Source of the DNA: an uncultured Gemmatimonadales bacterium
GTDB lineage: Bacteria > Gemmatimonadota > Gemmatimonadetes > Gemmatimonadales > GWC2-71-9
DNA length: 64,000 nucleotides
Assembly (NCBI GenBank): GCA_963739455.1
Contig: CAVUAK010000001.1
Coordinates: forward strand, 256,001-320,000
Direction of reading: 5' to 3'
The notes beneath the pieces were generated by a model. That model worked only from the letters and a program-made list of their open reading frames with translations, ran no database searches and was not told the DNA's origin. Every line of letters starts with the position of its first letter. Position 1 is the first letter of the stretch. A program made the translations under genes and the position numbers. Below are positions 1-11,577 of the stretch, piece by piece.

Positions 1-12
1 TATCTTGCTGTC

Positions 13-1224
13 GTGAAGGGAAGAACGCCAATGCCTGCGAACGACGACCTTGAAGATGGCAACGACAGTGGCCACGCGATATCCCTGATCCGTGGCGACC
101 CGCTCTTCCGCCTCCAGCGTGCAATCGGCCTTATCCCGCCCCAGGGGCTCGGCCTGGTTCGTCGTGCCGTCTTCGCGGCACTGGTCACCTGGCTACCCAT
201 CGCCATCTGGGCCTGGTGGCGCGGTCACGTCTTCGGCAGCACCATCGATGAACCGCTGCTGCAACACTACGGCGTGCATGTTCGCTGCCTCGTCGCCATT
301 CCATTGCTGATTTTCGCCGAGGGCATGGCAAGTGCCGTCTCCCGGCGCTTGCTGCCGCAGTTTGTGCGGGCCGGGATCGTGTCGGAGGACGATGCATTCC
401 ACCAGGTCGTGCGCGACATGGCTCGCCTGCGCGATCGCACCCTCCCCTGGGTCTTCATCGCCGGGGTGGTCGTCGCCTGGATAGTGCTGGAGCCGGCGAG
501 CCATCAGGCCCATGACCTCTTGTGGGCCGTGGATCCACCGCCGGCCGGCGGCATGGGGTTCGGTGGGTGGTGGTACCTCTACGTCGTGCGCCCCGTCTAT
601 ATCACGCTGGTGCTCGCCTGGATCTGGCGTCTCCTGCTGCTCACCGTGCTGATGTTCCGCGTGTCACGGCTTCCCCTGTCGCTCGTACCAACGCATCCCG
701 ACCGCCAGGCTGGGCTGGGATTCCTTGCGGCGGTTCCGGGCGCGTTCTCGCTCGTGATCCTTGCGCTCTCGTCTGTCCTTGCATCCGGCTGGGCCCACAA
801 CGTCATGTTCCACGAGGTCACGCTCCTGCAGCTCCGGATCCCCGCCGCTGCCTTTCTCGTGCTGACCACGACGGTCTTCCTGGCCCCCCTCCTCGTGTTT
901 GCACCGGCACTGGCGCGGACCAGGAAATTCGCCAGGCTCGAATATTCCGCGCTCGTGGCACGACACGGCAGGGCAGTGCGCGAACGCTGGATCAATGGCA
1001 AGCCGGTTGTCGAGGACGAGGCGCTCCTGTCGGCCCCCGAGATAGGTCCCGTCGCCGACACCATCTCCATGTATGACGCCGTCGCGCGCATGCGGCCCCT
1101 GCCCGTGGGGCGCACCAGCCTCCTCTCGGTGCTTGTTCCTGCCATCGTTCCCATGTTCGTCGTCGTGGCGCTGCGCATTCCCATCAAGGACGTTTTCCTT
1201 TCCCTGCTCAAGGCCATCACCTAG
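13..1224 (+). CDS. Multi-pass membrane protein of unknown function
   Basis: 403-aa ORF with about 6-7 hydrophobic segments; TATCTT -10-like box 6 nt before the GTG start. Confidence 0.75.
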   Translation: MKGRTPMPANDDLEDGNDSGHAISLIRGDPLFRLQRAIGLIPPQGLGLVRRAVFAALVTWLPIAIWAWWRGHVFGSTIDEPLLQHYGVHVRCLVAIPLLIFAEGMASAVSRRLLPQFVRAGIVSEDDAFHQVVRDMARLRDRTLPWVFIAGVVVAWIVLEPASHQAHDLLWAVDPPPAGGMGFGGWWYLYVVRPVYITLVLAWIWRLLLLTVLMFRVSRLPLSLVPTHPDRQAGLGFLAAVPGAFSLVILALSSVLASGWAHNVMFHEVTLLQLRIPAAAFLVLTTTVFLAPLLVFAPALARTRKFARLEYSALVARHGRAVRERWINGKPVVEDEALLSAPEIGPVADTISMYDAVARMRPLPVGRTSLLSVLVPAIVPMFVVVALRIPIKDVFLSLLKAIT

Positions 1225-2632
1225 CCGAGAGCACCGATTCCGCAGCCGCTATCGCCCGCGCGACATCGCGGGCATTCGTGCGCCAGTTCACCACGCTCAC
1301 GCGCATCGCTCGCCGGCCGCGCCATGTCGTGCCGCTGAAGAACGCCTCGCCCGTCGCATTGATCCCCGCGATCACCGAGTCGGTATAGCGGTCATCATCC
1401 TCCTGCGACGCACCTGCCCGCGGAGCGTGGAACCGCACCAGCCCCTGGTTCAGGTCCGACACCCACAGTGCCTCCGCTCCCTTCAATGCTCCGATGCCGG
1501 TGACAATCGCTCGGCAGTGGTCACAACACCGATCCACCAGTGCCTCGAGGCCCTCGCGTCCGAGCTCCCGTATCGCCGCGTATACCGTGTAACCGCGACC
1601 ACGCCGGGAGAACTCCGGTGTCCAGTCGAGCTGGTCCCGCGCGCGATCGTCGGGAGCCAGGTATGACGCGCTCACCGTCATTGCCGCGCGATGTGCCTCC
1701 CGGTCGCGCACGATCGCGATGCCGCAGTCGAACGGCACGTTGAGCCATTTGTGGCCATCGGTAGCCCAGCTGTCGGCGGTCTCCACGCCTGCCATCAGGC
1801 CGTGCTTGGCCCGGCTCGCGCGCGCGATCAACCCGAACGCGCCATCGACATGCACCCACGCATTCGACGCACGCGCAATCGGGATCAGTTCCTTGAAGGG
1901 ATCGAACGCCGCGATGTTGAGGTCCGCTGCGTTTAGCACCACGATGCTCGGCCCCTTCCACTCGGCGAGCGCCCTGGTCAGTGTCTCCGGCGCCAGTTGC
2001 CCCACCTCGTTGCTGGGAAGCACCTGCAGGCTGCTGGTGCCGAAGCCCAGGTAACGCACCGCGCGGTCGATCGTGCTGTGTTTCTGGTCGCTCACGAAGA
2101 TCCGGGTGGCCGGCGCCCCGGTCAGTCCGCTGTGCTCGACATCCCAGCCCACGCGCTGCAGCACCGCGTGCCGCGCCGCCGCGAGGCAGGTGAAGTGGGC
2201 CATCTGGCAGCCCGTCACGAATGCGAACGCTGCCGCGCGGGGAAGGTCCAGCAGTTCCTTGATCCAGGCCCCCGCCACCTCCTCCACCACCGCGGGCGCC
2301 GGGGCCACGGCGAACTGTCCGGCATTGCCATCCCACGCGGAGGTAAGCCAGTCCGCGGCGAGCGCGGCATCGAGTGACCCGCCGATCACCCAGGCGTAGA
2401 ACCGCCCGCTCGCCGAGCCGTGATGGCCGCCAGCCGTCTGCGCCACCAGCTCATCGATGATCTGCGCCGGGTCCGTCCCCCGCTCCGGCACGGGCAGGTG
2501 CAACCGCGCGCGCAGTGTCGCGAGATCCGCCCGCGCGCCAACCGGCCTCGTATCGAGACCCGCCAGCCACTCCGAGGCATGATGAACGGCGCGCAGCAGC
2601 GCCGGCGGGGGATTGACCTGTTCACTTGCCAC
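1217..2632 (-). CDS. Group II PLP-dependent decarboxylase (aromatic-L-amino-acid decarboxylase-like)
   Basis: WVHVDGAFG, DSWATDGHKWLNVPFDCG (PLP lysine) and PEFSRRGRG motifs. Confidence 0.9.
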   Translation of the reverse strand: MASEQVNPPPALLRAVHHASEWLAGLDTRPVGARADLATLRARLHLPVPERGTDPAQIIDELVAQTAGGHHGSASGRFYAWVIGGSLDAALAADWLTSAWDGNAGQFAVAPAPAVVEEVAGAWIKELLDLPRAAAFAFVTGCQMAHFTCLAAARHAVLQRVGWDVEHSGLTGAPATRIFVSDQKHSTIDRAVRYLGFGTSSLQVLPSNEVGQLAPETLTRALAEWKGPSIVVLNAADLNIAAFDPFKELIPIARASNAWVHVDGAFGLIARASRAKHGLMAGVETADSWATDGHKWLNVPFDCGIAIVRDREAHRAAMTVSASYLAPDDRARDQLDWTPEFSRRGRGYTVYAAIRELGREGLEALVDRCCDHCRAIVTGIGALKGAEALWVSDLNQGLVRFHAPRAGASQEDDDRYTDSVIAGINATGEAFFSGTTWRGRRAMRVSVVNWRTNARDVARAIAAAESVLSAR

Positions 2633-2688
2633 AAACGCTCCGGGTAGGACTCGGCTGTTATTCTAGCCGAACCTCCTTCGTACCGCCT

Positions 2689-2726
2689 CCTGTTTCCTGC
2701 TTTCTGTTCCCCGTTCCCTGTTCCCG
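2689..2726 (+). repeat. Degenerate CCTGTTC heptamer tandem array
   Basis: cctgttt cctgctt tctgttc cccgttc cctgttc; related arrays at 26978-27000 and 52788-52804. Confidence 0.75.
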
Positions 2727-2757
2727 TATCTGACCACGGCGCATTTCGCAGCGTATG

Positions 2758-2794
2758 TTCATTGTCAGGCCTGCGAAGCAGGCCGTGGCAATCC
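2758..2794 (+). repeat. REP-like palindrome, copy 1 (degenerate)
   Basis: TTCATTGTCAGG-CCTGC-GAA-GCAGG-CC-GTGGCAATCC; same layout as copies at 18805, 32911 and 46650. Confidence 0.65.
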
Positions 2795-2816
2795 AGTTGC
2801 CTGGCACGGAGCCCGC

Positions 2817-5813
2817 TTGAATAGCTTCGATCGCCTCACTGCCGCACTCTCAGACCGCTACCGCATCGAGCGCGAGCTCGGGCACGGGGGCATGGCCACC
2901 GTCTACCTCGCGCACGACCTCAAGCACGACCGCCGCGTCGCCATCAAGGTGCTCCACCCCGAACTCGCCCACACGCTTGGCCCTGAGCGGTTCCTCCGCG
3001 AGATCACGACGACCGCCCAGTTCGACCATCCGTACATCCTGCCGCTCCTCGACAGCGGCGTTGCTGACTCACGACTGACGACTCACGACTCACGACTGCT
3101 GTTCTACGTCATGCCGTATGTCGAGGGCGAATCCCTCCGCGACCGCCTGAAGCGCGGGAAGCAACTTCCGGTCGATGAGGCGCTCCAGGTCACTCGCGAA
3201 GTCGCGGAGGCGCTCGGCTATGCCCACGCCAGGGGCGTCATTCACCGCGACATCAAGCCGGAGAACATCATGCTCTCGGGCGGCCACGCGCGGGTAGCCG
3301 ACTTCGGCATTGCGAGGGCCATCGACGCCGCCGGCAACGAGAAGTTGACAGAAACCGGCCTCGCCATCGGCACACCAGCCTACATGAGTCCGGAACAGTC
3401 CATGGGCGAGCGGCGACCTCGACGGCCGGAGCGATCTCTACGCACTGGGCTGCGTGCTGTACGAGATGCTCGCGGGAGAGCCTCCCTATACCGGGACCCA
3501 CCGCGCAGGCCATCATCGCCAAGCGGATGACGAACCCGGTCCCGTCGGTGCTCACCGTGCGGGAGACGGTGCCGGACTCCGTCGATCGCGCACTGACACG
3601 TGTGCTCGCCAAGGCCCCTGCTGACCGGTTCCCCACTGCCGCGCGGTTCGTCGATGCGCTGAGCCAGACGGCGACGACTGCGCCGATGGCGGTGAGACGG
3701 CCTGGTGCGCGGAAGAGTGCGAGGATCGTGGGAGCCGGCACCCTTCTGGCGGCAATTCTCTTTGGCGGCTGGCGCTTCGCGCGCGCACACCGGCCACAGG
3801 TCGAGCCATCAGTGTCGGTCATTGCCGTTTTCCCGTTTTCTTCCAGCGGAGACACGGCGCTGGCGCGACTGAGCCGTGACCTCGCCCTCACGATCAGCGC
3901 AAACCTCGACGGGCAGGGCGGCATCCGGACTGTGGACCCCCAACAGGTCTTGGCGAAGGTCGGCGACGGCAGCGGCCAGGGAGCCTCCGACGTGACCGCG
4001 CTCGGGAGGAGCCTCGGTGCCGGAAGCGTGCTCCGGGGCAGCATCGTGAAGGCGGGCTCCGACGCGCAACTCGACCTGAAGCTCGTGTCCACCACCGGTG
4101 ACTCCGAGCCGTTGGCGCGGGTATCCCTGCGCAATGCCCCTGACTCCATCAACGCCCTCACGGACTCAATCACCTGGTCCGTGCTCCGGCAGATCTGGCG
4201 CCGGGGCGAGCCGCCCTCTCCGAGCTACGCAAACCTCAGCACCCGATCGGTGCAGTCGCTCCGCGCCTTCCTCGATGGCGAGCGGCTCAGCGTCGCCGGT
4301 CGCTACCCCGAGGCCATCGAGGCTTATTCCGCCGCTATCCAGGCCGACTCGAGTTTCTGGCTGGCCGGCTGGCGATACAATGCGGCGCAGGGATGGATGA
4401 ATGATGCCCAGCCCGACTCGAACCTCGAGCGCGGGTATGAATCTCATCTCGCCGCGTTTGGGGAGCGAGATCGAATGCTGATCGAGGCCGAACGAGATGC
4501 CGAAGCTCAGGGTGCCAGGCACCTTGCCAGTATCGCGGCCATCAAGGATCGGTTCCCCACGGACTGGCTCGCCTGGTTCTACTACGCGGACCACCTCTTT
4601 CATGTCGGTGGTGTGCTCGGGCACACGAACGCCGAGACGAGGGACGCGCTGCAGCGCACCGTGGACCTGAATCCCCGAGCTGGTGCCGATGTGGAAGCAT
4701 CTCTTCCAGGCCAGTGTGAGCCACGATTCAGCCCAGAGCGGCCGTGCTCTGAGGGCTATGACCGCACTGGGTCTCTGGTCGGCAGGGTCCGAGGAATCGA
4801 AGCGGGTCGGCTTCGATACAGGGCTGTTCTGGCGCGTGCTCCAGTCGTACGCTGGCGAACCGTCGCTGCCGCTACTCGATAGCCTCGCGGCCAGTGTGGT
4901 CAGCGTGAAATGGCCGGCGCCTCCCACGTTCCTGACGTCAAACGGGTTCCCGGCCGCGCAAGTGCAATTCAACCAGCGCTGGATGCAGCTGGTCCCGACT
5001 GGCACGCCGATCTGGCGGGCCTGGCGGGGTTCCGCCTATGCGTCGGTGGCCCGCGGCGCGTGGGACTCTGCCCTCGTCATGATGGATCGCTACGCGGCGG
5101 GAAGCCCCGACGACGCGGCAGCCCTCGACATCTATCGACTCGCTGTGATCGGTGCCTGGCTCGGCGGACTCGATACGCTCCGGGCGGCCGAGCGTCGCCC
5201 GGCGGCTGCGAAGTACGTCGCTCGGCTCTCTCCCGACTCCGCCTCCGGCAAGGAGGCGCGCGCGACCTTGGCCTGGAGCGACGGTATGCTCGCAGTGCTT
5301 CGGCGCGACAGGAAATTGCTTTCGACCGCGCGCGAGGCCAACCGGCAGAGTGGCGCCAGCGGGGCCGCGAACACAGGCCGGTTGCTGAGTGCCTTCGAGG
5401 CGCAACTTCGCGAAGAGACGCGAACGGCCGCCGATTCGTTTGCAATGCTGGACATCCCCGACACCACCAGCGCTCTTGCCGAGGTGGATTCGTATACGAG
5501 ATCCGTGGCGCACATGAACGCGGCACAGCTGATGCTCGCGCTCGGTGACACAAGCCGGGCCGTTCGCTTGCTGTACTGGCATGAAGCGCACGGCGTCGAC
5601 AAGGATGCCTTTCCCCTCTTTGAGGCACTCGCGTACGACCAGCTGGCCCGCATCGAGGAGGCGCAGGGTAAGGACGACCTCGCCCGCGACCACTACCAGC
5701 AATTCCTCCGACGCTACGATATGCCACCCCCTGCCCATCAGTACATGGTCGACAACGCGAAGGCGGCGCTGCGGCGCCTGTCCGGCCAGAATGACGCTCC
5801 CGCCACAAGGTGA
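2817..5813 (+). CDS. Ser/Thr kinase K1: kinase-TM-TolB_N-like-TPR/helical region; frameshifted near 3410, 3494 and 4680
   Basis: [24 protein letters not shown] and [10 protein letters not shown]; continues in ORFs 3527-4882 and 4683-5813; the first two shifts are single extra bases relative to paralogs. Confidence 0.85.
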
Positions 5814-5840
5814 GCGCAGGCAGTACATTCTGTGGCCCCC

Positions 5841-8568
5841 ATGGCCGACAACTCGACCCCACCCGCCGCACTCGCCGCCAGCCTCGCCGACCGCTACCGG
5901 GTCGAGCGCGAGCTGGGCGCCGGCGGCATGGCCACCGTCTACCTCGCTGAAGACCTGAAGCACGGCCGCAAGGTCGCCATCAAGGTCCTCCACCCCGAAC
6001 TCAGTGCCGTCATCGGCGGCGAACGCTTCCTCGCCGAGATCAAGGTCACCGCCGACCTGCAGCACCCCCACATCCTCGGCCTTATCGACTCCGGGGCCGT
6101 TCCGTCTGAACTCTGAACTCTCGACCCCTGACCCGTCTGACGACTCACGACTGCCGACTGCCGGCTTGCTGTATTACGTCATGCCCTTCGTGTCGGGCGA
6201 GTCCCTCCGCGACCGCCTGACCCGCGAGAAACAGCTCCCCGTCGACGATGCGACCCGCCTCGCGAAGGAGGTCGCCTCTGCCCTCGACTATGCCCATCGC
6301 CAGGGCGTCGTCCACCGCGACATCAAGCCCGAGAACATCCTGCTGCAGGAAGGCTCGGCCCTCGTCGCCGACTTCGGCATCGCCCTCGCCGTCCAGCACG
6401 CCAGCGGCAGTCGCATGACCCAGACCGGCATGTCGCTCGGCACGCCCGTCCTATATGTCGCCCGAGCAGGCAATGGGCGAACGCGTCATCGGGCCGCGCA
6501 GCGATGTGTACGCCCTCGGCGCCATGACCTATGAGATGCTCGTCGGCGATCCGCCCTTCACCGGCAGCACGGTACAGTCGATCGTCGCCAAGGTGATGAC
6601 CGAGAAGCCGCTGCCGCCCTCGCGCATCCGCGACACGATCCCGCCAAACGTCGAGCACGCGGTGATGACGGCGCTGCAGAAGCTCCCCGCCGATCGCTTC
6701 TCCACCGCGAAGGACTTCGCTGACGCGCTCGAGGGCGGACGCTCCGGCACCTACGCCGCGACGGTGGTGACCGGCAAGCCTACCCGCCCTCCCCGCCCTC
6801 CCCGCCCTCCCCGCGCTTGCGGCGCGCCCTGGCGCTTGCAGGCACTCGGCGCCGCGGCGACGTTCCTCGGCATGCGCACGCGGCAGGCCGCGAGCACCGA
6901 GCGCCGCAAACTCTCCGCTTCACTCTCGGCCTCCCCCCGGACATCCGGATCGCGACCCCGATCACCAACCCGATCGCGATCTCACCCGACGGTGATCTGG
7001 TCGCATTCTCCGGACGGGCCGGCAACGGGCCGCTCCAGATCTTCATCCGACGCATGGACGAACTGGGCGTGGAGGCGATCCCGGGCACCGAGGGCGGCGA
7101 GCAGCCGTTCTTCTCGCCCGACGGCAAGTGGGTCGCGTACTCCGTCAAGCTCCAGCTAAGGAAGGTGGCGGTGACCGGCGGACCCTCGACCGTGCTGGCC
7201 GAGCTGCCCGGTGGCCGCCCGTCGGGTGGCGCATTCGTTCCGGATGGTCGCATTGTCGTCTCACGCGGAAACTCGCTCGCCATCATTCCGGCCGGCGGCG
7301 GCGCGGCGAGACTCCTCTCCGCGACCGACACCGCGACCGACCGCCTGCTGATGAATCCCAAGGTGCTCCCCGACGGCAAGACGGTGATCGTCACCCGCTG
7401 GCGTGGTTCGACGGTGTCGGCGGGCCTCTGGGTGGCCACGATCGGCGAGGGCAAGGCGACCGACCTGGAACTCCCCGGTACCTATGTGCTGGGCATGATC
7501 GACAGGCACCTCATCTATGACACACAGGCCGGCGTGTTGATGGCGGTTCCCTTCGACATGGCGAAGCGAAAGGTCACCGGACCGCCCGTGTCGTTGCTCG
7601 ATGGCATTGCGGTTGGCGCCAATGGCGCGGCCCAGGCCGCGATCTCGGAGAGCGGGACACTGGTCTACCAGACCGGTGCATTGCTCCGGCATGCCCTGAT
7701 CGTCGACCTCCATGGCGCGGTCGTGTCAAAGCTGCTCGACCCGGGCAAGTACGCCGTCCCCCGCTTCTCTCCCGACGGCAGTCGTATCGCCATAGGGCTG
7801 AACAACCAGGGAACCGCGGACATCTGGATGTATGACCTGCGCTCACAGACGCTCAGCCGTATCACGACGGAAGGCGACGTCAACGACCGCCCCGAGTGGA
7901 GCCCCGATGGCAAGCGCATCGTCTTCCGGTCCAATCGGGGCGGACCACTCGCGCTCTGGTCCCAGCCGGCCGACGGCACCGGGAAGGCCGAGTTGGTATT
8001 TCAGGATCCCAAGGCGGAGATCTGGGAAGGCGTGCCGACGCCTGACGGTGCAAGCATGATCTACCGCACCGGCACCATTGGCACGGCCGACATCTGGCTG
8101 CGGCGGTTGACCGGCGACACCACTCGGCATCCGCTCGCCACGACGCCCTTCACCGAATGGTCCGGCCGGCCGTCACCCGACGGCAAGTGGCTCGCCTACG
8201 AATCCATCGAGACAGGCGACTTCCAGGTCTACGTTCGTCCCATCGCCGAGGGCGGCGCCCGGCAGCAGGTATCGGTCGACGGCGGTGTCGAGCCAGTGTG
8301 GTCGCCTGACGGTACGACGCTCTACTACCGACACGATGACGAATTCCTGGCCGCTACCCTGACCACCACACCCAGCCTTGCCATCGTCCGGCGCGAGAGT
8401 CTCTTCAAGGGCGACTATCCGGTTACGACGGGCCACGCCAACTACGACATCGCGCCTGACGGAAAACGCCTCCTGCTGTTGCGATCGGTGCCCGACTCGG
8501 TCCACGCGATTGTGGTGCACAACTGGAGCACTGAAGTCCGCGCGAAGCTGGCGGCCGCCGGCAAATGA
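5841..8568 (+). CDS. Ser/Thr kinase K2: kinase-TM-PD40/TolB-like beta-propeller; several frameshifts
   Basis: Kinase motifs split over ORFs 5832-6116, 6004-6534 and 6455-7159; repeated SPDG motifs in 6817-8568. Confidence 0.85.
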
Positions 8569-11249
8569 CAATGGACCGCCTCACTGCCTCCCTCGCCGAC
8601 CGCTACCGCATCGAACGCGAACTCGGCCAGGGCGGCATGGCCACCGTCTACCTCGCGCACGACCTCAAGCACGATCGCCCAGTCGCGATCAAGGTCCTCC
8701 GCCCCGAACTCGCTGCCGTCATCGGCGCCGAGCGTTTCCTGAGCGAAATCAAGACCACGGCGAACCTCCAGCACCCTCACATCCTGCCCCTGTTCGACAG
8801 CGGCATCGCCACCCTCGACCCACGACTCACGACTCCACGACCTCTCAACTGCTGCTTCTACGTCATGCCCTTCGTCGAGGGCGAGTCCCTCCGCGATCGA
8901 CTCATACGCGACAAGCAGCTCTCTATCACCGACGCCGTACGCATCGCCACGGAAGTCGCTGGCGCCCTCGACTACGCCCATCGTCGCGGCATCGTCCATC
9001 GCGACATCAAGCCCGAGAACATTCTGCTGCATGACGGCCGGGCCCTGGTTGCCGATTTCGGCATCGCCCTCGCCGCGAGCAAGGCGGGCGACAGTCGCAT
9101 GACCCAGACCGGCATGTCCCTCGGCACACCCGCCTACATGTCGCCCGAACAGGCCATGGGCGAGCGCGATATCGGCCCCCGCAGCGACATCTATGCGCTC
9201 GGCGCCATGACCTACGAGATGCTCGTCGGTGATCCGCCCTTCACCGGCAGCACCGTGCAGTCGATCGTCGCCAAGGTGATGACCGAGAAGCCGGTGCCGC
9301 CCACGCGCATCCGCGACACTGTGCCGCCCAATGTCGAGCACGCGGTGCTCACCGCACTGCAGAAGCTCCCCGCCGATCGCTTCGCCTCCGCGAAGGAGTT
9401 TGCCGACGCCTTGGCGGACAGTGGACGGTCAGGCAACTACGCGGCGACGGTCGCTACGGGGACAACCCGCCTTCCCCGCCCTCCCCGCCCTCCCCGCCTC
9501 GGACTGATCGCTGCGGTTGCACTCATCTCCACCGCCGCGGGCCTGGCGGGCTGGCTCATGCGCGGAAGCTCGCGCGCGGGTCCTGCCACCTACGACGCCG
9601 CCCTCCCCGACAGCGCCGCCATCACGTTCGGCGCGACGACGTCCACCAGCAGCTTCGGTGCTGCCCGTCGCAACCTGTCGATCTCGCCCAGGGGCGACTT
9701 CGCCGTGTACGCCTCGCGGAGTGGTGACTCGACCCAGTTCTGGTACAGGAGCCTGAAGGATGCGGCGTCGCATCCCATCAGCGGCACCGAGGGAGGTACC
9801 GGTCCAAGGATTTCTCCCGACGGATCCCGCATCGCGTACACCGCCGGCAATCGAGTCATGCTGATCCCCATTGCGGGAGGCACGCCCCGGATGCTGCTGG
9901 ACGCCCAGGTGCCCGACAGCCCGGAATGGATTTCCAATACCGAGCTTTTCCTGCCGCAGCGCACCGGAACCCGCTTCACCCTGCTCGACCCCGAGGGTGG
10001 CGTGACGCATACCGTGGATCAGGCACACCCCTGCCTCGTCGGGCACTGGATTCCTGAGTATCGCGAGGTGATCTGCTCTTACAACGGAACGGCATCGATT
10101 GTCGACCCGATCTCCCGCGAGGAGTGGAGCCTGCGCGTCGCCCGGCCCGATGGTTCGCCTGGGGCCAGCGTGGCCGGGTTCGGGTTCCGCGTCGTTGACG
10201 GAGCGTACGTCGTCTACATGTCGGTGGACGGCGTGCTCCGCGCTGCACCCTACGACCACAAGCGACACCTCGTCGGCCGGTCGGTCACGCTCGATGGCGG
10301 AGTTCGCGGTGAGGCGCTGGGCGATGCCCAGATCGACATGGCGCCCAGCGGTACGCTCGTATTCGCCCCGGGAGTGAACGCGGCGGTTGGACACGTGGTC
10401 CGGCTTCGACCAGGACAGGCCCCGGAGCCATTGGTCGCTGAGGCGGCCGCCTTCCAGCGTATCGATATCAGCCGCGACGGCCGCTGGCTCGCCGCCGCGG
10501 TACAGATGGCGGAGGGCCAGGAGCTGCGCATCTACGATCTGCGCGATGGACAGCGCAGCACCATGCTCAGCGCCGAACTGGTTCGCCAGCCGCTGTGGAG
10601 TCCCACCGGAGCCCAGCTCCTCGTGTCCCGGCGCGACTCCAGCCTGAGCTCGATACTGATGACCGTGCCCGGGTCCGGCCACAAGCCCGTCACCCTGCTG
10701 ACCGTCGAGGGCGCACCACTGGCGGTCGATCCGATCGACTATCCCGAGGAGCACACCGTCCTCCTGCAGGACTGGGGCGCCAACGTCACCCGCCGCTTCG
10801 ACCCAGCGATATCCCCGGCGCAATTCGACACCGTCCTCACGGCGGCGAGGTTTCCTTCCGTGGCACCGGATGGAAAGCACATCATCTATCAGGACGGTGG
10901 AGCATCGGGCGTTCTCGTCACCAGCTATCCCGTGGCCGGCCGGCGCTGGCAGGTCGCCGCTGACGGGGTCGAGCCGCTATGGCTTTCCTCCACCGAGATT
11001 CTCTGTCGCATCGGCGTCTCCTGGTACCTGACGCGCATCAACCCCGCGACTGGCGAACCGCTCGGGCCCGCGACGCTCTGGGGTCGTGACCCTCGCTTCA
11101 ACGACACTGCAGGATGGTCCAACCGCCCCGACTGGCACGGCGGCATCATCTATGTCCAGGGCCCGGCCGAAGTGAGCGCCAGCTTCCTGCGCGTCGTGCC
11201 CAACTGGGTGGCACAGATGAAGAACGCTGTCGCCGCAGCCAATCGCTAA
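8565..11249 (+). CDS. Ser/Thr kinase K3: kinase-TM-beta-propeller-like sensor
   Basis: Intact 894-aa ORF with full kinase motifs, TM segment LGLIAAVALISTAAGLAGWLM and SPDG/SRDG repeats; ATGA overlap with K2. Confidence 0.92.
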   Translation: MTMDRLTASLADRYRIERELGQGGMATVYLAHDLKHDRPVAIKVLRPELAAVIGAERFLSEIKTTANLQHPHILPLFDSGIATLDPRLTTPRPLNCCFYVMPFVEGESLRDRLIRDKQLSITDAVRIATEVAGALDYAHRRGIVHRDIKPENILLHDGRALVADFGIALAASKAGDSRMTQTGMSLGTPAYMSPEQAMGERDIGPRSDIYALGAMTYEMLVGDPPFTGSTVQSIVAKVMTEKPVPPTRIRDTVPPNVEHAVLTALQKLPADRFASAKEFADALADSGRSGNYAATVATGTTRLPRPPRPPRLGLIAAVALISTAAGLAGWLMRGSSRAGPATYDAALPDSAAITFGATTSTSSFGAARRNLSISPRGDFAVYASRSGDSTQFWYRSLKDAASHPISGTEGGTGPRISPDGSRIAYTAGNRVMLIPIAGGTPRMLLDAQVPDSPEWISNTELFLPQRTGTRFTLLDPEGGVTHTVDQAHPCLVGHWIPEYREVICSYNGTASIVDPISREEWSLRVARPDGSPGASVAGFGFRVVDGAYVVYMSVDGVLRAAPYDHKRHLVGRSVTLDGGVRGEALGDAQIDMAPSGTLVFAPGVNAAVGHVVRLRPGQAPEPLVAEAAAFQRIDISRDGRWLAAAVQMAEGQELRIYDLRDGQRSTMLSAELVRQPLWSPTGAQLLVSRRDSSLSSILMTVPGSGHKPVTLLTVEGAPLAVDPIDYPEEHTVLLQDWGANVTRRFDPAISPAQFDTVLTAARFPSVAPDGKHIIYQDGGASGVLVTSYPVAGRRWQVAADGVEPLWLSSTEILCRIGVSWYLTRINPATGEPLGPATLWGRDPRFNDTAGWSNRPDWHGGIIYVQGPAEVSASFLRVVPNWVAQMKNAVAAANR

Positions 11250-11288
11250 GTCTTTGCCCATCAATACCTTGCTAAACTCACCATGAGC

Positions 11289-11304
11289 ATATAGATTTCT
11301 ATAT
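11289..11304. promoter_or_regulatory. Palindromic operator upstream of vapBC
   Basis: ATATAGA-TT-TCTATAT perfect inverted repeat in an AT-rich patch 18 nt before the vapB start. Confidence 0.6.
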
Positions 11305-11322
11305 CACTTTCTGGACAGCTAG

Positions 11323-11574
11323 ATGGCCATCAGCATCAAGGACGCCGAAACCGACCGCCTCGCCCGCGCACTCGCCGCCGTTACCGGCGAGTCCCTCACC
11401 GAGGCAATCAGGCGCGCCCTCCACGAACGCCTCGAACGTGAGTCCCATCGCGCACGCCGCGGCATCGATGCAGAGGTCCGCCGAATCCAGGAGCGCGTCG
11501 CTCGCCTGCCAATAGTGGACTCCCGGCCCGCAAGCGAAATTCTGGGCTACGACGAGCACGGCCTGCCGCACTGA
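11323..11574 (+). CDS. vapB: VapB-family antitoxin (Rv0623-like)
   Basis: [33 protein letters not shown]...[10 protein letters not shown] pattern; directly upstream of a PIN toxin. Confidence 0.88.
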   Translation: MAISIKDAETDRLARALAAVTGESLTEAIRRALHERLERESHRARRGIDAEVRRIQERVARLPIVDSRPASEILGYDEHGLPH

Positions 11575-11577
11575 ACC

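Noticed and set aside
8830..8856. Unusual PRPLNCCFY sequence in K3
   Set aside because: Probably compensating insertion errors in a K4-like ...DSQLLFY sequence rather than real cysteines.
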